Notes: a model not told the origin generated them from the sequence alone. 64,000 nucleotides of DNA from Promethearchaeota archaeon (GCA_013375475.1 JABXKD010000002.1:1-64000); one strand, 5' to 3'; shown: positions 1 to 8,910, numbered from the stretch's first letter. A program made the numbers and translations.

Positions 1-119
1 AAATAGCATATATTCGCTTCAGTTTGGAAAATCCACCTGCCGATAAAATTGATGGACATTCAGATCCCTGGGGTTATATAATGGATAAGCTGATATTTTT
101 AGCCCATTCGGATGATTAG
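1..119 (+). CDS. 3' end of a gene truncated by the window edge (…IAYIRFSLENPPADKIDGHSDPWGYIMDKLIFLAHSDD*)
   Basis: Open frame from position 3 to TAG at 117-119; no recognisable motif. Confidence 0.45.
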   Translation, partial: IAYIRFSLENPPADKIDGHSDPWGYIMDKLIFLAHSDD

Positions 120-315
120 ACTAAAAGTGAATAAAATGAGACTTTACACGAAAAAAAATTATAATACCTTAGTAGGAGGTGTGCTAGCTTTACTCTGCGG
201 TATATTGGTGACGGTATCTGATGACAGAGAATATCAATTGAATTTTGATTCTTTTGGGGTTGTGTTCCGGATTCTATTTTTTTCTCTATTTTTTCTATTA
301 CACTGCTTACTCTGA
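112..315 (+). CDS. Possible small hydrophobic protein or gene remnant; runs through a repeat remnant
   Basis: 67-aa ORF with two hydrophobic stretches; includes repeat fragment 256-273. Confidence 0.3.
   Translation: MIRLKVNKMRLYTKKNYNTLVGGVLALLCGILVTVSDDREYQLNFDSFGVVFRILFFSLFFLLHCLL
256..273 (+). repeat. Dispersed intergenic repeat, 3'-terminal fragment (box C end)
   Basis: GGGGTTGTGTTCCGGATT matches the consensus end GGGAGTGTGTTCCAGATT. Confidence 0.5.
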
Positions 316-410
316 ATAATTATTACTACTTTAACAGTAAAGTAAAAAAATAATTAAAGTAATTAGAAATACTGATTATTGTAAAAAATTAGAAATTTAA
401 ATCAAGTAAG

Positions 411-1028
411 TTAGACTTCCATATTATTGACATAGGTGTTATCCGGTTTATCTTGTATTCTCTTCTGTTTGATAAATGCTGAAAAATTCAAATAAAGAAG
501 CAATCCGAGAGAGATTAGACCGATAAACCATATGGGTGTCCTAGATAATAACATCGAGACTGCTATGAAGGAAAGGCAACACGTAAGCGGGTTCAACACC
601 TGTCCCACTAGTGGATTGCCTTGGGTGGTGTAGTAGTTCTGTTTAAGTTTATCAATTTGAGCGAATTTATTGTCTATAAATGTGCTTCCCCTGGTAAAAA
701 CAATTTTTAGTTTTAAGATGGTGTTATTTAAAAGAGTCAAATTCTCGCATCCTTCTATTACCAGGTGTTTAATGGTACAATTTTCGATGGAAATATTTTG
801 CGCGTTGCGACAGATTAACTTGTCGATTACGAGATTTTTGATCTGGTAATATGACCTGCTTCTGGATATTTTTATAAACAATGGGAGCGTTTCTACTTGG
901 TCAATGACTATTGGGTCAAGACTCGAACCATCTCCCTCCCAATTCATTTCGATTTTTAAGGCATCAATTTTTTTATCTGAGATTTTGATAATTTTAGACT
1001 TATTGTGTGTTAGGAGATTCTGAGCCAA
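411..1028 (-). CDS. Hypothetical membrane protein with short beta-helix-like N-terminal region
   Basis: GDGSSLDPIVID resembles GNGTYSEPYIIED in the NosD-like ORF 10683-12170; periodic I/L-x-I-E-N-C repeats; two C-terminal TM segments. Confidence 0.7.
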   Translation of the reverse strand: MAQNLLTHNKSKIIKISDKKIDALKIEMNWEGDGSSLDPIVIDQVETLPLFIKISRSRSYYQIKNLVIDKLICRNAQNISIENCTIKHLVIEGCENLTLLNNTILKLKIVFTRGSTFIDNKFAQIDKLKQNYYTTQGNPLVGQVLNPLTCCLSFIAVSMLLSRTPIWFIGLISLGLLLYLNFSAFIKQKRIQDKPDNTYVNNMEV

Positions 1029-1101
1029 GATTATTATCCTCTATTAGCTTCATTAGTGGATGAGTTATTAATATTTAGGTAGAAGAGACTATAAAAAAGT
1101 T

Positions 1102-1153
1102 AGTATAGTTTGAGTCGCCCACGATATTTCGAGATTGAAGTTGAGAAGTTGTT
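1102..1153 (+). repeat. Dispersed intergenic repeat, degenerate box B + box C
   Basis: AGTATAGTTTGAGTCGCCCACGATA-TTTCGAGATTGAAGTTGAGAAGTTGTT. Confidence 0.8.
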
Positions 1154-1181
1154 ACTTTAAAGTCTCACATATAGCTCTACT

Positions 1182-1604
1182 TTAGTAATACAACCACTTT
1201 ATGGTTTCTGGAATTAGGACAATGTATAAAAGAAAACTCTCGAGAATCATTTCTATGATGACGATTATAAGAATGACGACTAAGGATTCCTGTGCATTCT
1301 TTTTATATATAATTGAAAAAATCTTAACACCGAGAAAGATATTAATGAAGTATGTTACGATAACAAAAAAAATCTGAAAGAATGAATAAGTAATATCTAT
1401 AGATAAAAAAGATATAAAAAATAAGTCAAGAATGATATTAAAAAGAAATACCATGAGAAGCACTGCAGTTCTCCACAAAAGAATATAGTATAAAGAGATT
1501 CTAAATCGATAGCTCCATCCCTTTTTCCTCTCATACCAATTGACAAGCGTTATACCGATTATTATGATGATGGAATAGCGTAAAAGCTCAATGAATAAGT
1601 CCAT
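1182..1604 (-). CDS. Hypothetical integral membrane protein (~4 TM)
   Basis: 140 aa, strongly hydrophobic; co-oriented 28 bp downstream of 1633-3117. Confidence 0.75.
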   Translation of the reverse strand: MDLFIELLRYSIIIIIGITLVNWYERKKGWSYRFRISLYYILLWRTAVLLMVFLFNIILDLFFISFLSIDITYSFFQIFFVIVTYFINIFLGVKIFSIIYKKNAQESLVVILIIVIIEMILESFLLYIVLIPETIKWLYY

Positions 1605-1632
1605 AATATTCTTTCCTTTTTTCTAACACCAT

Positions 1633-3117
1633 TTAAGAATAATTTTTCTCTTCATTATTTGATTTTATTGAAGGAATTGTTTTTTTTATTGTATATACGA
1701 TCACAAATAAAATAAGGCAATAAAGGGCAGTCATAGTTGGAAAGCTAAATAACATAAATGAGTAAGATGGAGTAGGATATTGTAAAAATGCTTGAGCACT
1801 CATGTTCATTGAAAACAGCTGAAAAATGAAAAAACCAATTAATCCACAACTAGTAGAAAAAAAAATAATTGCATCTGTTTTTGAGAGGTGAAACCCAAAC
1901 CATTTAGTAGTAAACTCCCTCGAATTATCAATAACTTTGACAATCTTATCCAAACGACGGTTTTTTAATATTTTTGCAATAGGATAATAGCAGAAAAGTA
2001 CAAGTAAGATAAATATAACATCAAAGAAATCAAAATCTAGTATTGAAAACCTAAAAAATCCTCCAAATAATAGAACAAAAGATATATACAACCAAGTGAT
2101 AACTACGATATATATTAGTGCTACTGAGAGTAAAATTATAGCCCTATGAGGAGTTAATCTAATTTGAAACCACGATAGCTTATCAGAAGTTTTTGTTCCT
2201 CTAGAGTTTGATTTTTTAAGAAAAAAACTAGAGATCATGAGAGCTAAAAATATACAGAAAAAAATTATGGTTACGATAAAGTCTTCATTTTGGTAAGGAT
2301 TAGGAGCGTTGGGAAATATTCCTAAAAAAGATGCTAATTCATTATTGAATAGTGCGAGGTGACAAAAGATCCTAGCTGAAACGAGAATAATCACTACAAA
2401 AGAAACTATAAAAACGAGAAGACTATAGTTCTTAGAAATCTTTTTTGATTTATCAATGGGTTTGCCTCTTCTAACAATAAATAAACTGTAAAGGCAAAAC
2501 AAAAAAAAGGTTGCCATTATTGCAATTGGAACATTATTTAACAAAATATCGTGCGAAGTTGCCTGATATGGCCCTAGGGGAATCAAACAAAGCGAATCAA
2601 ACAGACCTGAAGAAAAAAAAGGATGTAATATAGATTCAAAAAATAGTTGTACAATGAAGACTATCCCGACTAATGACACACAAAATATAAATAACGACTG
2701 ACCGTGAGATATTTTTAACCCAAAATAGCTTACGATTCTTTCTTGAGGAATGATTTTTTCTTTACCCTCGCGCGTGTTATTTTTGCGCAGTAAAATTTTT
2801 CTTAAAGCATAGATGCTTAGAATCAGAAATATAGTAGATACAATTATCCTTATAAGAATTGGAAAAAAATGGTAGATCAAGTAATTTTCAGGACGATAAG
2901 ATGAATCCAACAAGTACTCAGGAAGTGTATAGAATAGAAAATTAAATAAATTGATGAAAACATCTCCAGCTAAAGTACTAGGGATCATAAAAATCCCTAG
3001 AATGGATAAAATCAAAAATAAGCTGGTATGTGAACGACTTAACTCAAATCTAAATAATTTTAATCCTGAATTATTAAAACCTGACTTTTGTTTTTCTTTA
3101 TCTTCCATATTGATCAT
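1633..3117 (-). CDS. Polytopic membrane protein built from ~5 internal 2-TM repeats
   Basis: Recurring [WYL]F-x-[FLI]-x-[LI]-[ST]-xxx-[SA] motif before hydrophobic hairpins. Confidence 0.8.
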   Translation of the reverse strand: MINMEDKEKQKSGFNNSGLKLFRFELSRSHTSLFLILSILGIFMIPSTLAGDVFINLFNFLFYTLPEYLLDSSYRPENYLIYHFFPILIRIIVSTIFLILSIYALRKILLRKNNTREGKEKIIPQERIVSYFGLKISHGQSLFIFCVSLVGIVFIVQLFFESILHPFFSSGLFDSLCLIPLGPYQATSHDILLNNVPIAIMATFFLFCLYSLFIVRRGKPIDKSKKISKNYSLLVFIVSFVVIILVSARIFCHLALFNNELASFLGIFPNAPNPYQNEDFIVTIIFFCIFLALMISSFFLKKSNSRGTKTSDKLSWFQIRLTPHRAIILLSVALIYIVVITWLYISFVLLFGGFFRFSILDFDFFDVIFILLVLFCYYPIAKILKNRRLDKIVKVIDNSREFTTKWFGFHLSKTDAIIFFSTSCGLIGFFIFQLFSMNMSAQAFLQYPTPSYSFMLFSFPTMTALYCLILFVIVYTIKKTIPSIKSNNEEKNYS

Positions 3118-3151
3118 TCTTTATTTTCTAATGCTAAATTGATTGATTAAT

Positions 3152-3236
3152 TTAAAAAGATTCAGGATTGATTGTTGCTATTTATAACAAATAGTATGTC
3201 TTTTAATACATGAAATTTGTCTAATTACACATAAAT
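3152..3236 (-). promoter_or_regulatory. Duplicated upstream region, copy 1: TATA-like TTTTTAA plus imperfect palindrome TATGTC-N6-TACATG (3195-3212)
   Basis: Aligns nearly without gaps to 4644-4727. Confidence 0.7.
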
Positions 3237-3261
3237 GTCATCCTTCGTAAGGTTCATTTAC

Positions 3262-4563
3262 TTATAATAATGGTTTTTTTGGGCTTTTTTTTATGTAGAG
3301 GAAAGCTGTTGATACATTGATAACGGAAATGATTCCTATTAGTAAAATCATGATAAATAGGTTATATCCCGGGATTATTAATCTAGGATCAGTAAGTATG
3401 TCTCGATCAAATAAATAGATCCGATGTCTCCCTCCAGCTACTATATACCTACCATCAGATGATATATCTAAATTATAATCATAACTTGAGGCAAATGCTC
3501 CATCTAATCTATATCTCCATATTGGTATTGAACTATTTCTATTAAAAAGATAAAGAAAATTATCATAACTTTGTGCTGCAATATAGTCTCCATTATATGA
3601 AATAGCAACTGATGCAATTTCATCTTTTGTCAAGTAAATCCATTCGGGTGTTGGATTTGATCGATTAAATAAGTATACATTATGATCCGCAAAGCCACCT
3701 CCTACGGCAATATAATTTCCGTCTTTAGATACTTTAATAGAACCTACCTCATCAGAAGTGTTATATGTCCATATTGGAACTGAACTGTTTTTGCTAAAAA
3801 GATACACTTTATCACCGCCAGATGCTATATAATTACCGTCTGCAGATATCGATAAAGATACGCTCATATCCCCTGACAAAGTATAATCCCATTCAGGTGA
3901 AATTTTCGAGGTATTAAAAAAAAAAAGCTTTGCAGCATTATCAGTAACTGCCATATATTTACCGTTTGAAGAGAGTGCCACTCTAAGTGCTAAACCTGTT
4001 GTGGGAAATTCTAAAATTGAAGAAAGTTCTGTATTGTTAAAAAGAAAAACTTTATTACGCGTACCACTTGCGGCGGCTGCTAAAGTCCCATCATCAGTAA
4101 TCCCTACATCATAAATCCAACCTCCTGTATAATACAACCAGTGGGGTGTGGAATTTGCATTAGTAAAACTATAAGCCGTTGCTTCGGAGTAACCTCCACC
4201 TACAACAATGTTAGATCCACTTGCTGAAATCGCTACTGAACAGAAACTATTCACAATTGAATAATTCCATAACGGCTTCTTTGCGTTAGAAGTCAAGTTA
4301 TCAAATAAAAACAGCTTCCCATTTTCCGGCAAATTAATATTATACATATTATTCTGGCTGGTAGCTGTTATATAGTGACCATCAGAAGAAATTGCTACCG
4401 CAGAGGGGTATTGGTTTCCCGTTGAGTAGGACCATAGTGGAGTTGTTGAAGGATCTGAATATATAAAAGCAGAACTCTCACTAATTAACAAAGAATTCGC
4501 TAACATGATGAATGCAAATAAAAGTAAAAAATGAACCTTAAGTCGTTTTAAATTCATTTTCAA
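3262..4563 (-). CDS. Secreted WD40/PQQ-like beta-propeller protein with C-terminal Loki-CTERM-like anchor
   Basis: N-terminal signal peptide; repeats 'PxW-x-Y...VAISxDGxYIA..G...vyLF'; C-terminal IPGY + TM + lysine-rich tail. Confidence 0.85.
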   Translation of the reverse strand: MKMNLKRLKVHFLLLFAFIMLANSLLISESSAFIYSDPSTTPLWSYSTGNQYPSAVAISSDGHYITATSQNNMYNINLPENGKLFLFDNLTSNAKKPLWNYSIVNSFCSVAISASGSNIVVGGGYSEATAYSFTNANSTPHWLYYTGGWIYDVGITDDGTLAAAASGTRNKVFLFNNTELSSILEFPTTGLALRVALSSNGKYMAVTDNAAKLFFFNTSKISPEWDYTLSGDMSVSLSISADGNYIASGGDKVYLFSKNSSVPIWTYNTSDEVGSIKVSKDGNYIAVGGGFADHNVYLFNRSNPTPEWIYLTKDEIASVAISYNGDYIAAQSYDNFLYLFNRNSSIPIWRYRLDGAFASSYDYNLDISSDGRYIVAGGRHRIYLFDRDILTDPRLIIPGYNLFIMILLIGIISVINVSTAFLYIKKSPKKPLL

Positions 4564-4643
4564 TATTAAATTAGCTGTATTTTTTTAAAAAATCACTGTA
4601 AGTTTTTTTAAATCTTCAATAATTCCTAATTTATTAATATTCC

Positions 4644-4727
4644 TTAAAAAGATTCAGTATCTATTGTTGTCAAACAAAACAAGATGTATGTCATGTAAGA
4701 CATAAACTTTGTTCAATTAAAATAAAT
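4644..4727 (-). promoter_or_regulatory. Duplicated upstream region, copy 2, with perfect palindrome TATGTC-N6-GACATA (4687-4704)
   Basis: Same 43-bp offset between TTAAAAAGATTCAG and TATGTC as in copy 1. Confidence 0.7.
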
Positions 4728-4793
4728 ATTCTAACTCATAAAAATTAGGTATAGAAGGTTTTAATAATCAATATACTATATTCTGTACTTAGG

Positions 4794-5258
4794 ATGAATT
4801 CTATTACCGATTTATTTGAAAAATATCATTTAGATAGTTTTGAGGAAGCGCTAGAGCTAAGAGGTAATGAAAAAATTACTTTTTTTAATGATCTAAATTC
4901 TCTATTAAGATCAATTTGCAGAATTTTTGATAAATTAACAACAATATTTTCTCTTAGGGGTGGGCAAGTATTGATGAGCTTAGCAAAATTACAGGATTCT
5001 GAAGAGGTTATCTCCAAAACTGATGTATTGAACTGTTTAAATATAGATCGGCGGGAAAAATTGATCCACGCTTTTGATTATTTATTAGAGCAGAATTATA
5101 TTAAGATTAAAAAAAAAACGAGTAAGTTTCATATGGTTAAATTGAATGAACAGGATAACCCCGATTTTACCTTATTACGGGAAATCGTGCAGAAATTTTG
5201 GACCTCACCTCAGGAGGAAAAAGATAAAGCAAAATCATGGAGTGGAATAGAACGATAA
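4794..5258 (+). CDS. Putative winged-helix DNA-binding protein / transcription regulator
   Basis: ISKTDVLNCLNIDRREKLIHAFDYLLEQNYIKIKK...HMVKLN has a wHTH-like pattern; divergent from 3262-4563. Confidence 0.6.
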   Translation: MNSITDLFEKYHLDSFEEALELRGNEKITFFNDLNSLLRSICRIFDKLTTIFSLRGGQVLMSLAKLQDSEEVISKTDVLNCLNIDRREKLIHAFDYLLEQNYIKIKKKTSKFHMVKLNEQDNPDFTLLREIVQKFWTSPQEEKDKAKSWSGIER

Positions 5259-6127
5259 GGCAAAACCGGAAAATTCCAGAGATTAGATTTGAGAACGATG
5301 AAAATGCAAATCAGTTTTTTACATTGATTAAAACGGAATATTTAAAAAATTTATATCAAACCTATTTTTGGTTAATTTTGCTGGTTACGATCTATGTGGT
5401 TTACGAGTTAATAACGACTTCTTTTACTCCTACCATTACAATATTAATTATAGACCAAGTCATCATCTGCGTGCTTCTTTCGTTCTACTTATTAATCTAC
5501 TTCTTCAATTTATCCTATATCAGGTTTACACCTACAATAATAAATTTTCTTGAAAAAGAATTGCGCTTGCTAGATTTTAGGTTTCAAAGGAAATATAAGA
5601 TCAGACCCTCCAACTTTTTATTTGTTTGTTTTACAATTATTGTATTTATTCTCGTTACAATTGGTACTTACCTTTATTCTAACAACGATGTAATATCCCT
5701 CATTATGAGATTACTTATTGTTTATATCTTTACAGGCATTACAATACCGGTACTTCGCGGGAAATTACACGATTTTTTTATTGTAAGCTTGAAAAATTCA
5801 TATTTTGTTCAAATAGAACTAAGGTTTAAATTAATTAAACATAAAGAAGTAGAATCTCAAACGGTTAAAATTTTTATGACCTCAAATAAGTTAGGTTCTA
5901 AAGCAGATCACTCAGGAAATGCGCGTTATAATAGAATAAGTGAAAAAAGATGGCTTCAAAGGAAAAATAACCGAACTTTACCACGTTTTATAACTAGAAA
6001 CTCTCTCTTTTTTCATGAAAATGCCACTTTAATAAACTTCAAGGAACAATTTTTGAATATCGTTTCAGCAATTCGAGAGTGGGATACAACTAAAGGTTCA
6101 GGCTTAGAGTGGAACAGGTTTGTGTGA
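5237..6127 (+). CDS. Hypothetical membrane protein (~4 TM); last ~11 codons and stop come from the dispersed repeat
   Basis: 296-aa ORF; C-terminal GSGLEWNRFV* is encoded by repeat 6093-6127. Confidence 0.75.
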   Translation: MEWNRTIRQNRKIPEIRFENDENANQFFTLIKTEYLKNLYQTYFWLILLVTIYVVYELITTSFTPTITILIIDQVIICVLLSFYLLIYFFNLSYIRFTPTIINFLEKELRLLDFRFQRKYKIRPSNFLFVCFTIIVFILVTIGTYLYSNNDVISLIMRLLIVYIFTGITIPVLRGKLHDFFIVSLKNSYFVQIELRFKLIKHKEVESQTVKIFMTSNKLGSKADHSGNARYNRISEKRWLQRKNNRTLPRFITRNSLFFHENATLINFKEQFLNIVSAIREWDTTKGSGLEWNRFV

Positions 6128-6182
6128 GTAGTTGACGATACGCGTAAGTTTAGTTTCGAAGTTGAGAAGTTGTGTTCCTGAA
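6093..6182 (+). repeat. Dispersed intergenic repeat, full-length copy (boxes A+B+C)
   Basis: AAGGTTCAGGCTTAGAGTGGAACAGGTTTGTGTGAGTAGTTGACGATACGCGTAAGTTTAGTTTCGAAGTTGAGAAGTTGTGTTCCTGAA. Confidence 0.9.
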
Positions 6183-6242
6183 TTAAATTTTTTTTATTCT
6201 ATTTGCAATTCCAAATCGCATAAGGAGATTAAATCTCTCTAT

Positions 6243-6485
6243 CTAAATCCTCCAGTCTACAGATTTTAGAAATATATATAAAAATCCTCCTATCAATCCA
6301 ATTATGGCAGATATTACTATACAAAGGACAGAATTATTTCCTCCTATCGCTGTTACATTCCTCGATTCACATTTAGGGCAATTTCGTAGGTAATCTCCTT
6401 TTTTAGGGCAATTTGCATCTGATCCATGTACTTTTACAGAGAATCTATGATTACAGTCTTTACATCTATATTTGCATTCTGTCAT
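6243..6485 (-). CDS. Small zinc-ribbon protein with C-terminal TM anchor
   Basis: YRCKDCNHRF...CPKCES plus a hydrophobic C-terminal helix; flanked by two full repeats. Confidence 0.75.
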   Translation of the reverse strand: MTECKYRCKDCNHRFSVKVHGSDANCPKKGDYLRNCPKCESRNVTAIGGNNSVLCIVISAIIGLIGGFLYIFLKSVDWRI

Positions 6486-6596
6486 TTTTTCACTTACGAA
6501 TTTTTATTCACTTTAGACTGTATATTGGTTTTAGGATATATAAAGCTATTTCACCTTTTTGGTGGTGAAAATGGGATTTTATGTGTAAAAAGAAGT

Positions 6597-6690
6597 AAGG
6601 TTCAGACTTAGAGTGAATCGGGTTTGTGTTGAGTGGTAGACGATACGAGTTTTGTTTCGAGATTGAAGGGAAGGGGTGGAGTTCCAGATA
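6597..6690 (+). repeat. Dispersed intergenic repeat, full-length copy (boxes A+B+C)
   Basis: AAGGTTCAGACTTAGAGTGAATCGGGTTTGTGTTGAGTGGTAGACGATACGAGTTTTGTTTCGAGATTGAAGGGAAGGGGTGGAGTTCCAGATA. Confidence 0.9.
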
Positions 6691-6820
6691 AATTTTTTTT
6701 ATTTTTAATCCCATTGAATAACGATAGGAAATATTATTATTGTCTGACTTATTCATTTTTTTAATTAATTGCTACCTTAGCAAACCATTCATACATAAAT
6801 ATCGAATTTATTGTGAATAA

Positions 6821-7981
6821 ATGATACAAGAATTAGAAAAAAAGGACTTTCAAAAAGTAGAGTATTTGTTTGGGGAAAGATCTTTTATTAATAGTTTCCG
6901 AAGTCACCTTGAAAGAACTCCTGTTCCAAAACAAGTGTTTGTAGATGATATAAAAAATCCACAAACAGCGGTAATTATCATTATTCCTAGTCTCTTCTTT
7001 GGAGGTCGAGCGGATAACGAGGAGTTCAACAAAGAATTAAGAAAAATGCTTTATGAAGATCTGCTTCTAATTTTCAAAGAAAAACAACTTCTAGAAATTG
7101 ACTGTTATGTTTCTAACAATGCTTGGGAGAAAGCCGTAAAATCTGTTCTCAAAGATCCATTTCTCTATAATCGATACTATTATGAGATTAAAGAACTGAA
7201 GCTGAAGCATTGGAGAAACCTTATTCCTGAAGGTTATAGTATAAAACCAGTCGATCTAACACTATTGGAAAACGATTATTTGAAAAACTTTGACTGGTTG
7301 ATAGAGGAAATAGAAGAAAATTGGTTTCCCCTTGAAGATGGTTTGAAGGAAAATCGAGGATTCTATCTAGTTCGAGAACAAGAAGAAATAGTATGTTGGT
7401 GCACAACCGAATATCTAACGGCTGATAATGAAATTGAGGTTGGCATAGCAACGAGAGAGGAGTATCAAAGAAAAGGTTTTGCTTCAATAATTGGTTCAGC
7501 AACAGCTGAATTTTGCCTAGAAAAGTACAAGTCTGTTGGATCGCATTTTGGTATTACTAATGTTGGTTCTTATAAAACTGCAGAAAAGATTGGGTATGAA
7601 AAGATAAGAGAATACAAGAAAGCAGCAGCTTTCATTAATCAAGTGGATAATTGGGTCGCAAATGGTTTTCAGAAATCACGGAATAAAGATTATGAGGAAT
7701 CCATCAGTTGGTACGAAAAAATTGTCGATGCTGCAAATAAAGAAACTACAGAATATCTAGAATCCTACTATCTTAATGGAGAATTTCCTATTGAACGAGT
7801 ATGTTTCAGAATAAGTACTTTTTTTTCTGCGTTAGGTAATATTCAGAAAGCAGTTGATTATCTAAGAAAGGCGATTGAAATCGGATTTAAAGAAAAAGAG
7901 GAACTTCTTGAATGTAAATTATTGGAACCCCTGCATGGAACAGAAGAATGGAATAAAATGATTCAACTAATGAGAAATTAG
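6821..7981 (+). CDS. GNAT-family N-acetyltransferase with C-terminal TPR-like helices
   Basis: EIEVGIATREEYQRKGFAS acetyl-CoA motif A; SYKTAEKIGY motif B; 'ALGNIQKAVDYLRKAIEIGF' TPR-like end. Confidence 0.85.
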   Translation: MIQELEKKDFQKVEYLFGERSFINSFRSHLERTPVPKQVFVDDIKNPQTAVIIIIPSLFFGGRADNEEFNKELRKMLYEDLLLIFKEKQLLEIDCYVSNNAWEKAVKSVLKDPFLYNRYYYEIKELKLKHWRNLIPEGYSIKPVDLTLLENDYLKNFDWLIEEIEENWFPLEDGLKENRGFYLVREQEEIVCWCTTEYLTADNEIEVGIATREEYQRKGFASIIGSATAEFCLEKYKSVGSHFGITNVGSYKTAEKIGYEKIREYKKAAAFINQVDNWVANGFQKSRNKDYEESISWYEKIVDAANKETTEYLESYYLNGEFPIERVCFRISTFFSALGNIQKAVDYLRKAIEIGFKEKEELLECKLLEPLHGTEEWNKMIQLMRN

Positions 7982-8009
7982 ACATATTCAACTCTTTTTC
8001 ATATTAGTA

Positions 8010-8043
8010 TTCAAGATTTAAGAGTGGGATTGTGTTCCAGATT
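8010..8043 (+). repeat. Dispersed intergenic repeat, box C only
   Basis: TTCAAGATTTAAGAGTGGGATTGTGTTCCAGATT. Confidence 0.8.
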
Positions 8044-8050
8044 TAATTTT

Positions 8051-8149
8051 CTATTTGTTTTTTTCTATTTCGCTAATTAACTTAAATCTTGGGAGTTCAT
8101 ATTGAATGGTCAGCTCACAGTTCGATTCCTTAGAAATTTTCATTAACAT
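8051..8149 (-). CDS. Putative 32-aa peptide MLMKISKESNCELTIQYELPRFKLISEIEKNK
   Basis: Not in the supplied ORF track; preceded by SD-like AAAGGAG. Confidence 0.35.
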   Translation of the reverse strand: MLMKISKESNCELTIQYELPRFKLISEIEKNK

Positions 8150-8231
8150 ATTAAACTCCTTTCAATGCTTTTTATAAAAATATTTATCGAATATCAATCA
8201 AGAATTTGGTTATTTCCATATTTTTAGGAGA

Positions 8232-8408
8232 TTATTGATCATAATCCTCTTCATGGAAAGCGTTTTCATTATCACCGTTTTCCTTATCTTCATCGTCTTT
8301 TGAATTCCACTCATTGTCTTCTTCTTTTGTTTTCTCTTCTTCACGATTCCAACTCCTCTCATTCCATTCATCCGTTTTCATTCTTTTTCTAAACTTAATT
8401 TTTTTCAT
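8232..8408 (-). CDS. Putative 58-aa protein with basic N-terminus and very acidic C-terminus
   Basis: MKKIKFRKRMKTDEWNERSWNREEEKTKEEDNEWNSKDDEDKENGDNENAFHEEDYDQ; SD-like AGGAG upstream; not in the ORF track. Confidence 0.6.
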   Translation of the reverse strand: MKKIKFRKRMKTDEWNERSWNREEEKTKEEDNEWNSKDDEDKENGDNENAFHEEDYDQ

Positions 8409-8527
8409 AATTTAAATCTCCTAACCATTTTTTCTAAAGTACAAATTAAATTTCTTTTAAAATTCTTAGACATAATTATTATACCATATAAAATTTCTAC
8501 ATATTAATTCCGGTAATCTAGGATTGA

Positions 8528-8562
8528 TGTTTCGAAATTGAAGTGTGGAATTGTGTTCCGGG
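8528..8562 (+). repeat. Dispersed intergenic repeat, box C only
   Basis: TGTTTCGAAATTGAAGTGTGGAATTGTGTTCCGGG. Confidence 0.85.
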
Positions 8563-8592
8563 GTTATTACATCACAATTTTTTATCTTTTGT

Positions 8593-8799
8593 CTATGTAA
8601 CGCTGTGTAAATGAAGTGCGAGTAGTATTATACTAACAATGAGAAATAGTATCCCTGGTGCTAGAAAACCGACGATGAATATTAAATCATAACCTGCAGA
8701 GCTGGTATTAACTCCAATTACACCTATAGTTAGTAGCATTATCCCTATAATCAGAAGGGTAATCCCTAGAGTTTTTTTATTAATAGCCATTAAGATCAC
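8593..8799 (-). CDS. Small 2-TM membrane protein
   Basis: 68 aa with two hydrophobic helices; lies between two repeat copies. Confidence 0.7.
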   Translation of the reverse strand: MILMAINKKTLGITLLIIGIMLLTIGVIGVNTSSAGYDLIFIVGFLAPGILFLIVSIILLALHLHSVT

Positions 8800-8875
8800 G
8801 CTTTTTATTAGTTTGATATAAATATGTATTTACTGTGTATATAATGTTTAGCTATTTCAAATACCTACTCAACAA

Positions 8876-8910
8876 GTTCCGAGATTGAAGGGTGGGAGTG
8901 TGATCCGGAG
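8876..8910 (+). repeat. Dispersed intergenic repeat, box C only
   Basis: GTTCCGAGATTGAAGGGTGGGAGTGTGATCCGGAG. Confidence 0.85.

Noticed and set aside
5237-5258. MEWNR start of ORF 5237 echoing its repeat-derived LEWNR end
   Set aside because: Only GAGTGGAA-AG is shared and it lies in the overlap of two ORFs; probably coincidence.
6093-6690. Repeat as a classical integron attC site or MITE
   Set aside because: No RYYYAAC/GTTRRRY ends and no conserved long hairpin or terminal inverted repeats. The GGAACA…TGTTCC pairing in the 6093 copy is not conserved in the 6597 copy. No integrase or transposase in the window.
6426-6756. ORFs 6426-6611 (+) and 6508-6756 (-)
   Set aside because: They overlap the repeat and each other, have no protein-like features, and are most likely spurious.
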